NCBI RefSeq assembly: GCF_001194135.2
Contig: NC_068982.1
Span: 30,539,625 to 30,595,701 of the forward strand
DNA: 56,077 bases
Source of the DNA: Octopus bimaculoides
Lineage: Eukaryota
Direction of reading: 5' to 3'
A model generated the notes under the pieces. The model saw nothing but the letters and a program-made list of their open reading frames with translations. It ran no database searches and was not told the DNA's origin. Position 1 is the stretch's first letter; every line of letters begins with the position of its first letter. A program made the translations under genes and the position numbers. Shown here in pieces: positions 11,688 through 24,158 of this stretch.

Positions 11688-11904
11688 TTAAGGAGTGCTG
11701 AAAAGTTCCTGGCTTTAAGGGTCTCGTGAAAGGCCTGGTTAGAGGCCCAACATTCCGAGTTCTTTTCCAGGACTTAGAAAAACTGAAGGACCACCGTAAT
11801 AAGTGTGTGAATCTAAGAGGGGATTATATTAAATAAAATCATAATTAACTGATCCTCCAGTATTTTCTTTTACCTAAAGCCAGGAACTTTTCAGCATTCC
11901 CTCA
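11688..11904 (+). mobile_element. Mariner-derived MITE (internal-deletion derivative)
   Basis: About 30-bp TIRs (T.AGGRRTGCTGAAAAGTTCCTGGCTTTA) with a TA TSD. The interior keeps a transposase-like C-terminus, NKCVNLRGDYIK*. Confidence 0.8.
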
Positions 11905-12720
11905 TAAAAATTATTATTCTCTTGTTGCATTCATTCTTTCTTTTCTCTCTTTTTTGCTTTTCTTTTACTGCTGAAAACATTCTGTTCTTTACCATTTCCC
12001 TGATCAACTCCTCTTCTTAGATTTACCTATGGCACGGTTACAATTGATCTAATAAAATATGTAATCCACGGATATTTTTCCTTCTCTGTAGCTGTTCAGT
12101 ATCTGTTGTTGAGCTAAAATTTAGAATTTAGAATATCTGGAGTTTGTTTGGGAGTTTTGGTTACTGCAATTAGCAAATCAAAGTTTATAATATAGAATTT
12201 TTTTCATTTGAAGATTTGTTGTTTTACTCTCAAGTCAACACTGATTGATCAGGCCTATGACACTAAAATAAATTGAATGAACTTTGTGTGATCCACAAGT
12301 CTGTTGATCTACATATATCTATGTCTGGTAGATGAGGATATTGCGAACTCTGACATAATGTAGTTTATCATAGGAGATATATTATGGCAATCTGGACATG
12401 TTACTTTTTTTCATTGTTTAATTGAAAATGTGAATACAATAATTCTTTTAACATCCTACTGAAAATTTTCTCACTCAGAAGTCCAGTTCTCTTATGGTTC
12501 TATGACAGAACTAGCAGAAATGAATGATAGAAGGGACTAGGGTTTTTTTCCTTTGCCAGACAGTTCCTTTCTTCCTTCAAAATGAATGTAAATAAGGTTA
12601 GAATGGTTTTTGTGATTACATTCATTTCAAAACTTGCTCACCAATTCAGTGCTGTGCGGTTCTTGTATCATACAGGAAGTTAAGCCCTGGTGATTCTGAT
12701 TTTTAAAAATAATTTCTTGT

Positions 12721-13054
12721 CTTTTACTCACTTATTTGTTTCAGTCATTTGACTGCAGCCATGCTGGAGCACCACCTTTAGTTGGACAAATCGACCCCAA
12801 GACTCATTCTTTGTAAGCCTAGTACTTATTCCATCAGTCTCTTTTGCTGAACCACTAAGTTACGGGGACGTAAGCACACAGCATCAGTTGTCAAGCGATG
12901 GTGTGGGGACAAGCACAGACACACAAATATATACATATAAATATATATATATGACAGGCATCTTTCAGTTTCCGTCTACCAAATCCACTCACAAGGCTTT
13001 GGTTGGTCTGAGGCTATAGTAGAAGACACTTACCCAAGGTGTCACACTGTAGGA
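12721..13054 (-). mobile_element. SINE family A
   Basis: Reverse-complement match to 1505-1917; the 5' head is truncated. Confidence 0.85.
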
Positions 13055-14167
13055 TGTTTATTTTTTTCTGATATCTAATGGAAGAAAGGTGTTCTTTTGT
13101 ATTCTAAGTATCTGTGTGTTTTACATTTACATTTTCTTTTTTGTGTCGCCTGTTTTGGTGACTAATTTTGATTTCTAAAAAGAATGAAATAGTTCTATAC
13201 ATTATTACCACTGACAAGAAATGCTAAGAACTTCACGAAAGGTCAGCAAAAAATAAATATTTGTATTCCATGCATCTTTTTCTTTATTTCAAATTCGACT
13301 TTCTACTCCCTCCAAATATTATAAAGAAATTACTATCTCCCTTGTAATAACTGTTCTCAAAGATTTAAAAAAGTGTTTGATAAGTATCTTGCTATTTCTG
13401 TATGTTACTTGTGTGGACATTGTTGCTGATATTCATGCAGCTGGTTGTTTTGTATGGTTTTATTTTGCTTTGTTTTTTACTGTTTGTCTGGGGTTCTTTT
13501 TATTAATTTTCTTGAGTTATTTCTTTGTTAACTGTTTTGATGCCAAGTTTTATTTGTTTTGTGATCTACATACAGAGAGATAATTCCAAGAATTTAAGAA
13601 TTAATTTCACATAATTTAATTTACATGCTTAGAGGAAAATAGTCCTTAGTAGTGGACAAAGTAACAGCTATATTTAAATTGCTACTGGCCAGATCTCTTT
13701 GTAACTCTTTCCTCTTTTTGTATATGTAAAACCTCTGCTGAATGATCAGGTTAACTTCTCTGGTAAGGTCAATTAATGCAAAAACATATACTTAGCAGCA
13801 CATTATCTTCCTAACAAAGTTCAAGTTTTCTCCCCAAATGTATAAATTGATATATTTTAAAATTCATTCTTAATTTCTAAAAACTGTTTTTTTTTTAGTA
13901 CCTCTAAGAAGTACCATTTTTTTTTTCTTTCTCAAACTAAACTTTAGTTTCAAATGGTTGAGAATCTTTTGTATATGTCACTCAGTACATCATCCCAAAC
14001 CTGATATGCACACACATCCACAAATACACACATCCACAAATACACACATACACAAATATGTGTGCAGATACATAGACTTAACTACTCTCTAACCCACTTA
14101 CTGTTCTGCTGAATTTATTTCATCAATTTATATTTTATTTTATTATTTATTTATTTTCATATATCAG

Positions 14168-14431
14168 GATCCAGATCAAAGAGAAAAAGAAAGAAGAAAG
14201 AAAAGACGAGAAGAGCGAAAAAAAAGAAAAGAGGCTTTCCTTTCACGTTCTAATAAGTTTTCCAAAGAGAAGGATGCAGCATCAGTAGCAGGGCAAACAA
14301 CAAGAGAGAGCAACAAAAAGACTGTGATAGCAGAGCAAAGCTCCTCAAAAGAAACTCAGAAGCCATTGACTAAAACATTGCATCAGAAACAAACGAAGAC
14401 TTCAAAAGCCAAGAAAAAGAAGAAAATTTAA
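14168..14431 (+). CDS. Probable terminal coding exon of an unidentified gene; Lys/Arg/Glu-rich C-terminus DPDQREKERRKKRREERKKRKEAFLSRSN...KTSKAKKKKKI*
   Basis: T-rich acceptor ending TATCAG, 87 sense codons to TAA, non-repeat sequence, and a downstream poly(A) signal. The other two frames close earlier. Protein not recognised. Confidence 0.55.
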   Translation, partial: DPDQREKERRKKRREERKKRKEAFLSRSNKFSKEKDAASVAGQTTRESNKKTVIAEQSSSKETQKPLTKTLHQKQTKTSKAKKKKKI

Positions 14432-14499
14432 AAATCACAAAAAAATCCCTGTAAATGGTGTGTGAAAAGTGGAGTCAAAGAGTTAGTCATATTTCATAA

Positions 14500-14550
14500 A
14501 ATAAATCTACATACATAAATGATTGTGTTATTGTTTTCATTGTTGTTGTT
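14500..14550 (+). terminator. Putative polyadenylation signal (AATAAA plus GU/U-rich downstream element)
   Basis: AATAAA at 14500-14505 followed by GATTGTGTTATTGTTTTCATTGTTGTTGTT, about 70 nt after the stop. AATAAA is common in AT-rich DNA. Confidence 0.4.
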
Positions 14551-15329
14551 AAAGTGGTGAGGATTTTTCTTGTCTTTTTAACATAAATATGTAGAATAAT
14601 ATTTTCGTGAATGCTTAGTAGCACAAGTATATTGCTCATTTGTATGCAGGTTTTTACTCACACATACACTAGCATTCTATATATGTGTGTGTCTATTAAA
14701 ATAAAATTATTATTTTAGAGCAAGTTTCAGAGTAACAATAGAATATTTACTGACTCTATACTGAAAGTAAAGTCAATTTGTGAAGATCAAGTTGACTAGG
14801 ACTTCAAGTTTCACCTGAAAGTTTTTGTTGTGGCATTGTCTCATCACTGTTGCCATATAAACTTGATGCTGAACCAACCTTTCTGCTTGTCTTAATACTC
14901 CAGCTGAGTGGAATGGAGTATTGTGAAAGACTCCCATTCTGGGAGGCATATAATTCCTTGTTCAAGGATACTGCATAATCCCAGAATTGAGATCAAGAGT
15001 CAAGTTGCATAATAACTACACCATGCACTTCATCTGAAAGTGATGATTGTTAACAACACCAAATCTGTGACAGAAAAGTAATTTTATCTGGTATGTAGAA
15101 AAGGAGTAAGAAGGAATTTAATGCTAAGTACTTAATACAAATAATGGTTTTGGATTTTGGCATGAGCTGCAATTTTAGTGGAAGGAGATAGTCAGTTACA
15201 TCAACCCCAGTTGCTTGCCTGGGGGTTAAGCAAAATTGACCTTGGTGAATCAGAAGATAAAGAGCTGGAAGAAATGCTGCTAACCATTTTCCTTCACCTG
15301 CTAACAATTCTAGCAGCTGATCACCTTAA

Positions 15330-15606
15330 CCCATTACCTCCCATAATTCTATTAACTGGAATTTCTTTATGAAACTTTGATTTCTAGCATAAAACAGCCT
15401 TAGAAACACGCTGGAATGATCAAAATAACATTTTAAATAGAAATAAGCGAGATACTGGGTGAAAAATTAGCAAACCTCATTTGAATATCAGAGAAATATA
15501 CCTAGTAGATATAGTAAAAAGGTTAGATATGTGTAAATATTGACAGATAATTATGAAATTTGTAATTTTTAAGTGATCTCATATGAGATCACTGGTAGGT
15601 AATGGG
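15330..15606. mobile_element. piggyBac-like MITE with TTAA TSD
   Basis: TTAA|CCCATTACCTCCC ... GGTAGGTAATGGG|TTAA (12/13 TIR match), with a 22-bp perfect palindrome at 15572-15593. Confidence 0.75.
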
Positions 15607-16447
15607 TTAATTAATACAAATAATGTGTACACAAAAGATGATGTCAGATCTTCAGAAAAGTAGATTTGGAAAATTTTAGGTTAGCCTAAGTTAACCTTAA
15701 ATGGAAGTTAAAGGATTGTTTAAATGTCTTGATGCAAGTAGTTTTTATACTCATGTGACATGATGTTAAAGCTGGAGTTACTGACTATAGGTAAGTGAGG
15801 AAGTGGAAGTTATTGAAGGATGTTTATTGGACTGCTGCTTCTGTTACAAACAAAGTGTAGTGGAAGATGGACTGTATAAAGACATGTAAGAAGTATTTTG
15901 GTTAAACGGTGCAAAACTTGACAACAATGAAAGGAGAATAACAAATCAGATATAATTCATTGTGTGTAGCTTTAGGGTTTAGGCAAAGAAAAATAGAATT
16001 GCAAAAGTGACTTTTATCAAAACCATTGGCAGTTGTATACAAAAGAAACATTATTTTAGGAAATGAGGTATGTTGGGTGAACTGAAAATATTATGAAACT
16101 GTAACTAAAGATAAAAGAAATACTTGCAAAATAAAGGCAGATTGGAGAAGATTGTTTCTGTCCCTCAGACTACCTGATAACATGAAGGAAACTCAAATGT
16201 TTGATTTATAGATACAGTCAACCCATTCGAACTAGGAAAAAAATTAGATGTAAAAATCAATACAGATAATTTTGATGATACCTGCAGGCATGTATTTTCA
16301 CAACTACATCACTATATATAGATTTATTTTAATGCCAGTGTTTGTTTCTGTACACATATGCTCGTTTGCAGTTGTATTAATGTAAATATGCTAACTAGTA
16401 TTCCTGAAACTGTATCTGAGTCATCATAAAAATAAACAGGATGTGTG

Positions 16448-16487
<40 letters not shown>

Positions 16488-17536
16488 CTCACACACACAT
16501 TGATGCATGTATGTATGACTGAATACTATAGCAACATAAGAAAGAGCATCATGTGAGCTGTTTGAAATCCTGTTACTAAGGTCTAAGGAGACAAACTGAT
16601 CCAATATTATTACAAGAGTGTGTTGTGCAGCAAAAAAAAAAAAGAACTTAAAAAGAAAAACGAAACAAAAAAAATATATGCTAATATAATAGTGTGACAA
16701 GTGTATTATTGTTACTGAAAATGAAAGTATCTTAATAGATATAGTTTGTATCTTTTTTCATCTTTTCTTCATAATTCTATATTCTTGTTCTACCATGAAC
16801 AATAACAATATGTATCTATGCACATTTTCTCTTACACATCACATCTTATATACTGAATAATCTAACATGCTTAGATTTGTGTCTTTCTCATGGGGCTGAT
16901 ATTTCCCTATGGGTATGCTGATTAAATAACTTAGCTGTGATGGATATAATATGCTATAGGAATCCCAAATTATTTCATTTTCCCTTGCTTAAAAAGTTCA
17001 ATTCTAACTGAAGGGCGTTGGTTACATTGTTTTATTTTATTAGCATTGACAATGAAATAACATTCAACACACAACAACACAACCAGCCATCAAATAAAAC
17101 CATTCCTGCCAACAAAGAATAAACAAAATATTTAAAAAAAATATAACATTCAGCAAGAAACAAAATGTAAAGAATATGAGAAGTAAAGTATAAAACAAAA
17201 ACAGTTTGGAATATGCTGCTGTCATTTTATTCGCTGTCTTTGATGCGCAAGGGTCTGGCGCCGGTTAATATAATGGCTTAGGAATGACAACTGCTATTAA
17301 GGTTCTAGAATTTTATTTCAAAATATGATTGAATCTCCTTAGGTAACTAAATTGAAGAAATCTTATTATAGAGATGTTGCTGAGAAAAAAAATATCTTAG
17401 GAAAAAAAAATCTATTTGTATATTTACATTACTCATTTCAGCCTATCCTCTTCTGTCATGCGTATGTATGAGTATCTGCACGTGCATGTATGTGTGTGTG
17501 TGTAAATACAGATATATATATATACATACATGCATA

Positions 17537-17746
17537 TGCGGGGGTGCTGAAAAGTTCCTGGCTTTAGGTAAAAAAAAACTACAGGAGGATCAGTTAATTA
17601 TGATTTTATTCAATGTATTCCCCTCTCAGATTCATACACTTATTACAGCAGTCCCTTGGTTTTTCTAATCCCTGTAAAAGAATTCAGAAGGTTAGGCCTC
17701 CATCCAAGCTTTTCATGAAACCCTTAAAGCTAGGAACTTTTCAGCA
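17537..17746 (-). mobile_element. Mariner-derived MITE, second copy (inverted relative to 11688-11904)
   Basis: Same TIR (GGGGTGCTGAAAAGTTCCTGGCTTTAGG) and same interior; the right end is eroded. Confidence 0.8.
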
Positions 17747-18374
17747 ATATAAATGCATCATTCAAACATGCACACAATATGATTGCATGCACCTATGTAT
17801 ATATATATGTTAAGTTTCAGTTTCCCACCCTGCAAGTACTGTTATTATCAGCATATTCCTAATATATAAATGGAAATGGTATATATTTTCAATAGGGTAG
17901 GCAGAGGCAAAAATGCATTATTCATTAAAATATACATACATGCATGCATGCACACAATCATACTTCAACTCTTTTGTTACTAACCTACCCAAAATTTTCA
18001 TGCTTCTAAATTATCATCTGCCTGTTATTACCTATTCATATTTAAATGAGAATATTGATATAAATCTCATTATTATGTAAGTGATGATACATGATTTCAC
18101 AAGATAAATCCTTGCTGTACCGTAGTCCAATATTTTCATAACATGAAATTTGTGTTCTTCAAATTTTGAGAGAAATTCTCTTTTTATTTTCTTCTCCATT
18201 AGAGTAATCTTTTCGATAACTTTTTACATTTGGAAAATAATATAAAAATGGATATCAAATTTACATGTAATATCAGTGACTCCAAGTTTAAAGAAATTTC
18301 AAAAGAAGAATCAGTTGATGTAGAATAAAGTATTTCAGTGGCAGCAAATCTAAGATCAATATTGAAAGCAGGAA

Positions 18375-18585
18375 TAAGGTGACAAGCTGGCAAAATCATT
18401 AACATGCTGGGCAAAATGCTTAGTGGCATTTTGACTGTCTTTACATTATGAGTTCAAATGTTGCCAAAGTTTGATTTTACCTTTCATCCTTTAGCGGGTG
18501 ATAAAATAAGTGCACTGGGGTCGATGTAATTGACTAGTCCTACTCACCTAAAATTTCAGGCCTTGTGCCTTTAGTGCAAAGGAAT
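18375..18585 (+). mobile_element. SINE family B
   Basis: AGCTGGCAAAATC...GAGTTCAAAT...AGGCCTTGTGCC. Confidence 0.8.
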
Positions 18586-18649
18586 ATTTATTCTGACTCT
18601 TTAAGGTGATGAGCTGGCAGAATCATTAACATGCTGGGCATGTTAATGA

Positions 18650-19215
18650 TGCTTTTTACGTGCCACCAGCACAGGAGTCAGTAAAAAAGCACTGGCAACA
18701 ATCATGCTCAAATGGTGCTTTTTTATGTGCCACCGGCATGGGACCAGTCAGGCGGCACTGGCATCAACCACGCTCGAATGGTGCTTTTTGCATGCCACTG
18801 GCATGGGTACCAATTAGGCAGTACGGTCATCGGCCATGACAATGACTTCGCTTGACTCAGCAGGTCTTCACAAGCACAGTTTATTGCCCAATGATTGAAG
18901 GGTACTCTTAAATGGGCCGGTTATGCTGCACTGGCATAGGCCACAGTTACTGTCTCACTTGGCTTGCCTGGTCTTTTCAAGCACAGCATATCTCCAAAGG
19001 TCTCGGTCATTTGTCATCACCTCTGTGAGGCTCAACATTCGAAAGTTGTGCTTCACCACCTCATTCCAGATCTTCCTGGGTCTACCTCTTCCACAGGTTC
19101 CCTCTACTGCTAGAGTGTGACACTTTTTCACCCAGCTGTTCTCATCCATACACAACACATGACCTTACCAGTGCAGTCATCTCTCTTGCACACCACATCT
19201 GATGCTTTTTATGAA
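18650..19215 (-). mobile_element. RTE-clade LINE 3' end with a 3' UTR of ~65-bp sub-repeats
   Basis: VKKCHTLAVEGTCGRGRPRKIW...DRDLWRYAVLEKTR, followed by repeated GTGCTTTT..GTGCCACCGGCA units. Confidence 0.8.
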
Positions 19216-19547
19216 AGACCATACATAGTGCATATCCAAATTCTATCATTACTTTCAGAAGTAACAAACAACATTGTTGTAATAAGAATACAATTTATAA
19301 ACTATACAATACTATAATAATTATTATTTTGGTTATTAAATTTATTTAGTAAGTCAAATGGAACTATATAGTAATCTACAACTATATGGATGATGCAGAT
19401 CAAATGAAACCGATGAGTAATTTATACGTGTGGTTCTTATTTTATTGACCTCTGAAGAATGAACGACAGAGTAGACCTGAATTCAAACTCAGAATATAAA
19501 GGGATGTAACCTCATGAATCCCATTAGGTATTTTGTTTGTTGCTCTC

Positions 19548-19875
19548 ATCATCATCATCATCGTTTAACGTTCGCTTTCCATGCTAGCATGGGTCGGACG
19601 ATTTGACTGAGGACTAGTGAAACCAGATGGCTACACCAGGCTCCAATCTGATTTGGCAGAGTTTCTACAGTTGGATGCCCTTCCTAACGCCAACCACTCA
19701 GAGAGTGTAGTGGGTGCTTTTACGTGCCACCGGCACAAAGGCCAGTCAGGCGGTACTGGCAACGGCCACGTTCAAAATGGTGTATTTTATGTGCCACCTG
19801 CACAAGAGCCAGTCCAGAGGCACTGGCAACGATCTCGCTCGAAAATCCTTACACATGTCACGGGTACTTGGAATG
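19548..19875 (-). mobile_element. RTE-associated 3' UTR or non-autonomous element ending in (ATG)n
   Basis: Reverse complement of the 39690-40045 copy; tail ...AAAGCGAACGTTAAACGATGATG. Confidence 0.8.
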
Positions 19876-21614
19876 ATTTACACGCCTCTCGATTAAGATT
19901 GCTCTACCAGTTCTAAAGTTCTTTTTTGTAAGAGGTAAAGGTTCTGAGTTCAAATTATTCTAGAGAATACATTCATGCTGAACTGGAGCACCCAATATCA
20001 ACTGGAGAATGAGTTAATTGTAAAAACATGAAATAGATGAAATAGGAAATCAATACTTATTAAAATTCAAATGTTAAAATTAGAATTTAAATTTTAATAA
20101 TATTTGCAAAAAGAAATTTTCTACACATATTCATATTAAAATTCAAATAAGTTAAAAATTTGTAACAAAATTCCTCCTCTGGTTATCAAAGCCATGCAGC
20201 TCACAGCAACACTTTCACTGCAACCATCTAAAGTAAATTTAGTAATGTGTTTACTTCAGTGAAAGTAGTGGTTGTCCACATATATACAAAATTTAAGAGA
20301 AAAGCATTGCTCTTAAGAAAATAATATCTTCCAGCTTGCATTTTCTTTATGTAAAAGTTATAAGAATAACATGAGCCAATGAGAGAGGGAGGGAGAGAAA
20401 GAAAAGAAGAGTTGTTCACATATATGCAAAATTTAAAAGAAGCACTGTTTTCAAGGAAATATGTTCCAACCCTCATTTTCTCCATGTAGAAATTAAGAGA
20501 ATAAATTGAGCCAATGAGAGAGAGTAACTGAAAGCCTCTATGTGATCACTTGACTGCTGCTAGAAATAGTAGACAAATGCTCTCAAATCGCACCTAACTC
20601 TCTTATAAGAAGAATGGCACTTGGCCAATCTACTCGCTAATATACAAAAAGATGGAATGGCCACTGCTGGTATGCCTCTAATCATAGATTTACTTAATAG
20701 ACACCAGCCTTGAGTTAAAGAACAACCAGAGTAAAGCAAATAATAATTTTAAGTGTGCCTGTGGAGTAGTTAATGAATAATCAATAATGAATAACATTTG
20801 TGTTCTGCATGTTCAGTTTCACAAAATCACACGTAATTGCATATAATTTTTCATTCTGTTTATTTAACTGAGAACTTAATATATACATTTTTTCAGCAGT
20901 TGAATAAATAACAGCATTTGAGTATTAATGAATTAAAGAATATTTGGTTAATGCAAATATATGCTGACATGGAATATGAAGACAGCTTATAATTAGTAAT
21001 AGCCAGTTAAGTTATGCAAGGAGAATAGCTGAGAGAGGTGGGAGAAGCAACATACCCTATAGAAACCTGGGACAGCTCTGCCTAAAGATGAATTCACTCG
21101 ACTTTATACTGTCGGCCCAAAAGTTCTAGAATCTACTATAGTCCATTTGGCCGGAAGATTTCAGCTTATGAAATCATCTGATTGGCTGAGCTATAATTAA
21201 GTGAGCTTAGTCATTTATGGTAGATGTAACCCAAAGCAAGGAAATATGAAGGCAATTATTCAAAACACACTGTCACCTTGCTGTTATATCTTTCTAGCAG
21301 TGAGTTTGTAATTGTACAAATGAAACAAAATATATTTACAAGTAGAAAATTTGGGGGATTAAAATAACATACAAATATTATATAACATTTCGTAAACCAT
21401 GAAGTAATGGTTCACAAGGCTTAAAGCAGTCCAACAAATGCACAACCATCATAATGCAAAAATATGACATTTTATATATGTATTCTTACTTAACAAGTCA
21501 GCGCACTATCCTGTCACTTTTAATTGTGGTTTTTTAACAGCAGTGTTGGGTGTTGACGGTATCAATGTAAACAGAAGTGATTTTGTCATTAGTGAAAATG
21601 TCATTATATTAGTA

Positions 21615-22588
21615 TCAGGTCGTCCGATTATCATCTGAAAGTTTATCTCAACAAAAAGCAATGCAGTTAATCAAAGTATGCACCTAAATTATCAACACAA
21701 TTTTGCCATTTTATTGGAAGCTTATTTATGCCAGCAGTGAAGAATTCTGGAGAGCAAGAGGTGATGAAATCATAAAAGGCTGTTTTTGCATCTTCTTCAG
21801 ATTTGAAGTTTTTTCCTTGCAAAAAGTTGCCTAATGCCTGGAAAATGTGATAGTCAGTTGGTGCAAGGTCTGGTGAATATGGCGGATGCAAGTTCAGTTC
21901 TTGTAACTTGAGTTGTGCTCTTTGTGCAACATGTGATTGAGCATTGTCTTGCAAAAGAATTGGCCCGTCTCTATTGACCAATCTCAGTTGTTTAATTGCA
22001 AATTCACTCATCATTTCATCCAATTGGTTGATGTATACATCCACTGTAATTGACTTACCAAGCCTCATGAAGCTGTGGTGGATGACACCAGTGCTGGACC
22101 ACCAAACAGACACTATTAGCTTTTTTTTGTGAACATTCTTTTTTGGATTGTGTTTTGGCACTTTGTGTCTATTCTATTACAGTTTCCAGTTCATCATTAT
22201 CAACCTTAGTCTCAGCTCTACCACGGGGTTGATTTTCAAGAGTAAAGTCACCAGACTGGAACTTCTTAAACCATTGATGTACAGTGCGCTCATTCACCAC
22301 ATCTTCACCAAACACTTCATTGATGTTTCGAGCTGTCTGGGATGCATTGGTTCCATGATGGAACTCATATTCATATACAACATGAATTTTTTATCTATCC
22401 ATGGGTTCACAAAAATTGATTTACAAGAGAAAACTCACAATATAGTCAGACATGAATTACATTTCAGAAAGTGTTGATGTAACTCTTCAATGTTGTAAAA
22501 TAAAGAATTATCAGAATAAAACATTAGAGTTAACAACTGTCAAAATTGGTGCATAAGAAAATCAGACATTTCATTCTTAATGACCTTA
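21615..22588 (-). mobile_element. Internally deleted mariner (Hsmar1/cecropia-like) transposon; pseudogenised transposase
   Basis: N-terminal YEFHHGTNASQTARNINEVFG..NERTVHQWFKKF, then a deletion, then VWWS..., LLQDNAQSH and HPPYSPDLAPTDY...KWQNCVDNLGAYFD*. TA-flanked ends begin T(C/A)AGGTC. ATG at 22402 is followed by an early stop. Confidence 0.9.
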
Positions 22589-22609
22589 TATATTAATATT
22601 ACTGTAAGC

Positions 22610-22830
22610 CTTAAGGCAGAAAGCAGACAGCATTATTAGCACACCAGGCAAAATGTTTTGCTGCATTTCATCTGTCATTACGTTTTGAGTTCAAATTCCA
22701 CTGAGGTCAACTTTGCCTTTCATCTTTCCAGGGTTGATAAAATAAGTACCAGTTGAACACTGAGGTCAATGTAATTGACTTACCCACTTCCCTGAGCATG
22801 CTGGCCTTGTGCCAAAATTTAATACCAATA
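22610..22830 (+). mobile_element. SINE family B
   Basis: GAGTTCAAATTCCACTGAGGTCAACTTTGCCTTTCATC body. Confidence 0.8.
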
Positions 22831-23259
22831 TTACTGTAAGCCTTTTTTTTATAAATTCACTCAAAAGGGAAAAATAAATTGTGAAGAATAGAAAAAGCTG
22901 AGGTTATTCTTGACCAACAGAAATATCTCACCAAATATGCTACATGGAAGCAGACAGAGGAAAAAGACCGAATTCTAAAGATGACACAGAAATTTTTAGC
23001 TGTAAGAGTTCACCATCCAAGTCTTTGTCTATTGAAACATTTATCAAATCGACTGATTCACTGGAGAGCAAAGAATTCCCACAAATTTAGGATAAAGCAT
23101 CAGCGGAGCAAATATTCCAGCCCTTTATATTGTGAATGTAGATAGTAGACTGTGATACAAAATCATGGTGTCTAATTTCATTTGCTGAATGTTCATCCAA
23201 TTTAGAATTAAGAGCAAAAGTTAATGGCTTATGTAGATCCAGTTGATTCTGAACATTTC

Positions 23260-23827
23260 AAGAAACTGAACACCATATGGAAAAGCAATTCCATTAGTTT
23301 TTCAACAGCACTTAGAGTGTACAAGTGCCTGGTCACTTAGACCCTTCTGCATGGGTGTGAGAGCTGGACTATTATGGCTGATAGGAAACACTGAATCCAG
23401 GCATTTGAACACAAGTGTTTCAGATGGCTGCTACACATTCCATGCACAGAACACAAGGCAAACAGCTTTATCAGGCAGCAAACAGCTTTATCAGGCAGCA
23501 AGTCAGACAGGAAATGCTTCTTGTGCAGGTAAAAGGATGGAAGATTGCTTGGTATGGTCATGCATCCTGCCACAACGCCATGTCCAAAATCATTCTTCAG
23601 GGCACAGTTGAGTGAAGGTGAAAGAGAAGCAGTTAGAGAAAATACATAGTTTTTTGACATCAAAGGTCCGGACAAGTCACCACACAGTGAACCTGCTACA
23701 CATGAGAGAAAACAGGTCAGTGATGATGGCTGACTATGAAAACATCTAAAGTGGTACCCCAACAAATGGTTGGATCAGTTAAAGGATCTTGATGATGATG
23801 ATAATGAAGATGATGATGATGATGATG
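23260..23827 (+). mobile_element. RTE (BovB-like) LINE 3' fragment with (GAT)n tail
   Basis: LNTIWKSNSISF...LLHGCESWT...IQAFEHKCFR...WYGH...SKIILQGTVE. Frameshifted, with an internal 20-bp duplication. Confidence 0.8.
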
Positions 23828-23840
23828 ATAACAAAGATTG

Positions 23841-24158
23841 TTCCATATTTTTGAGATGAAGAATTCTGTACATTATTTACACTATTTACAATGGACAGAT
23901 ATATGTCCTCATCATGTTTGTTGCTACCAGTGCCTTGAATAAATAATAATAATAATAAATAATAATAATGATAATAATAATGATAATAATAATAATAATA
24001 ATAATGATAATAACATCAACAAAAAACTACCTTAGGAATGAGAACCCAGGGTTGGGTTCAAAATTCTACCAGGACACCTGGTGAAGGCAGGAGAGTAAAT
24101 CAACCGAAATGTGGTAACAGCAAACAAGATGAGGACACATATCCGTCCAATGTAAATA
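23841..24158. mobile_element. Penelope-like insertion with inverted termini, 13-bp TSD and degenerate hammerhead motif
   Basis: 45-bp inverted arms at 23885-23929 and 24112-24156 (39/45 match). ATAACAAAGATTG occurs at 23828-23840 and 24159-24171. CTGGTGAAGG...CCGAAA at 24078-24109. Confidence 0.65.
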
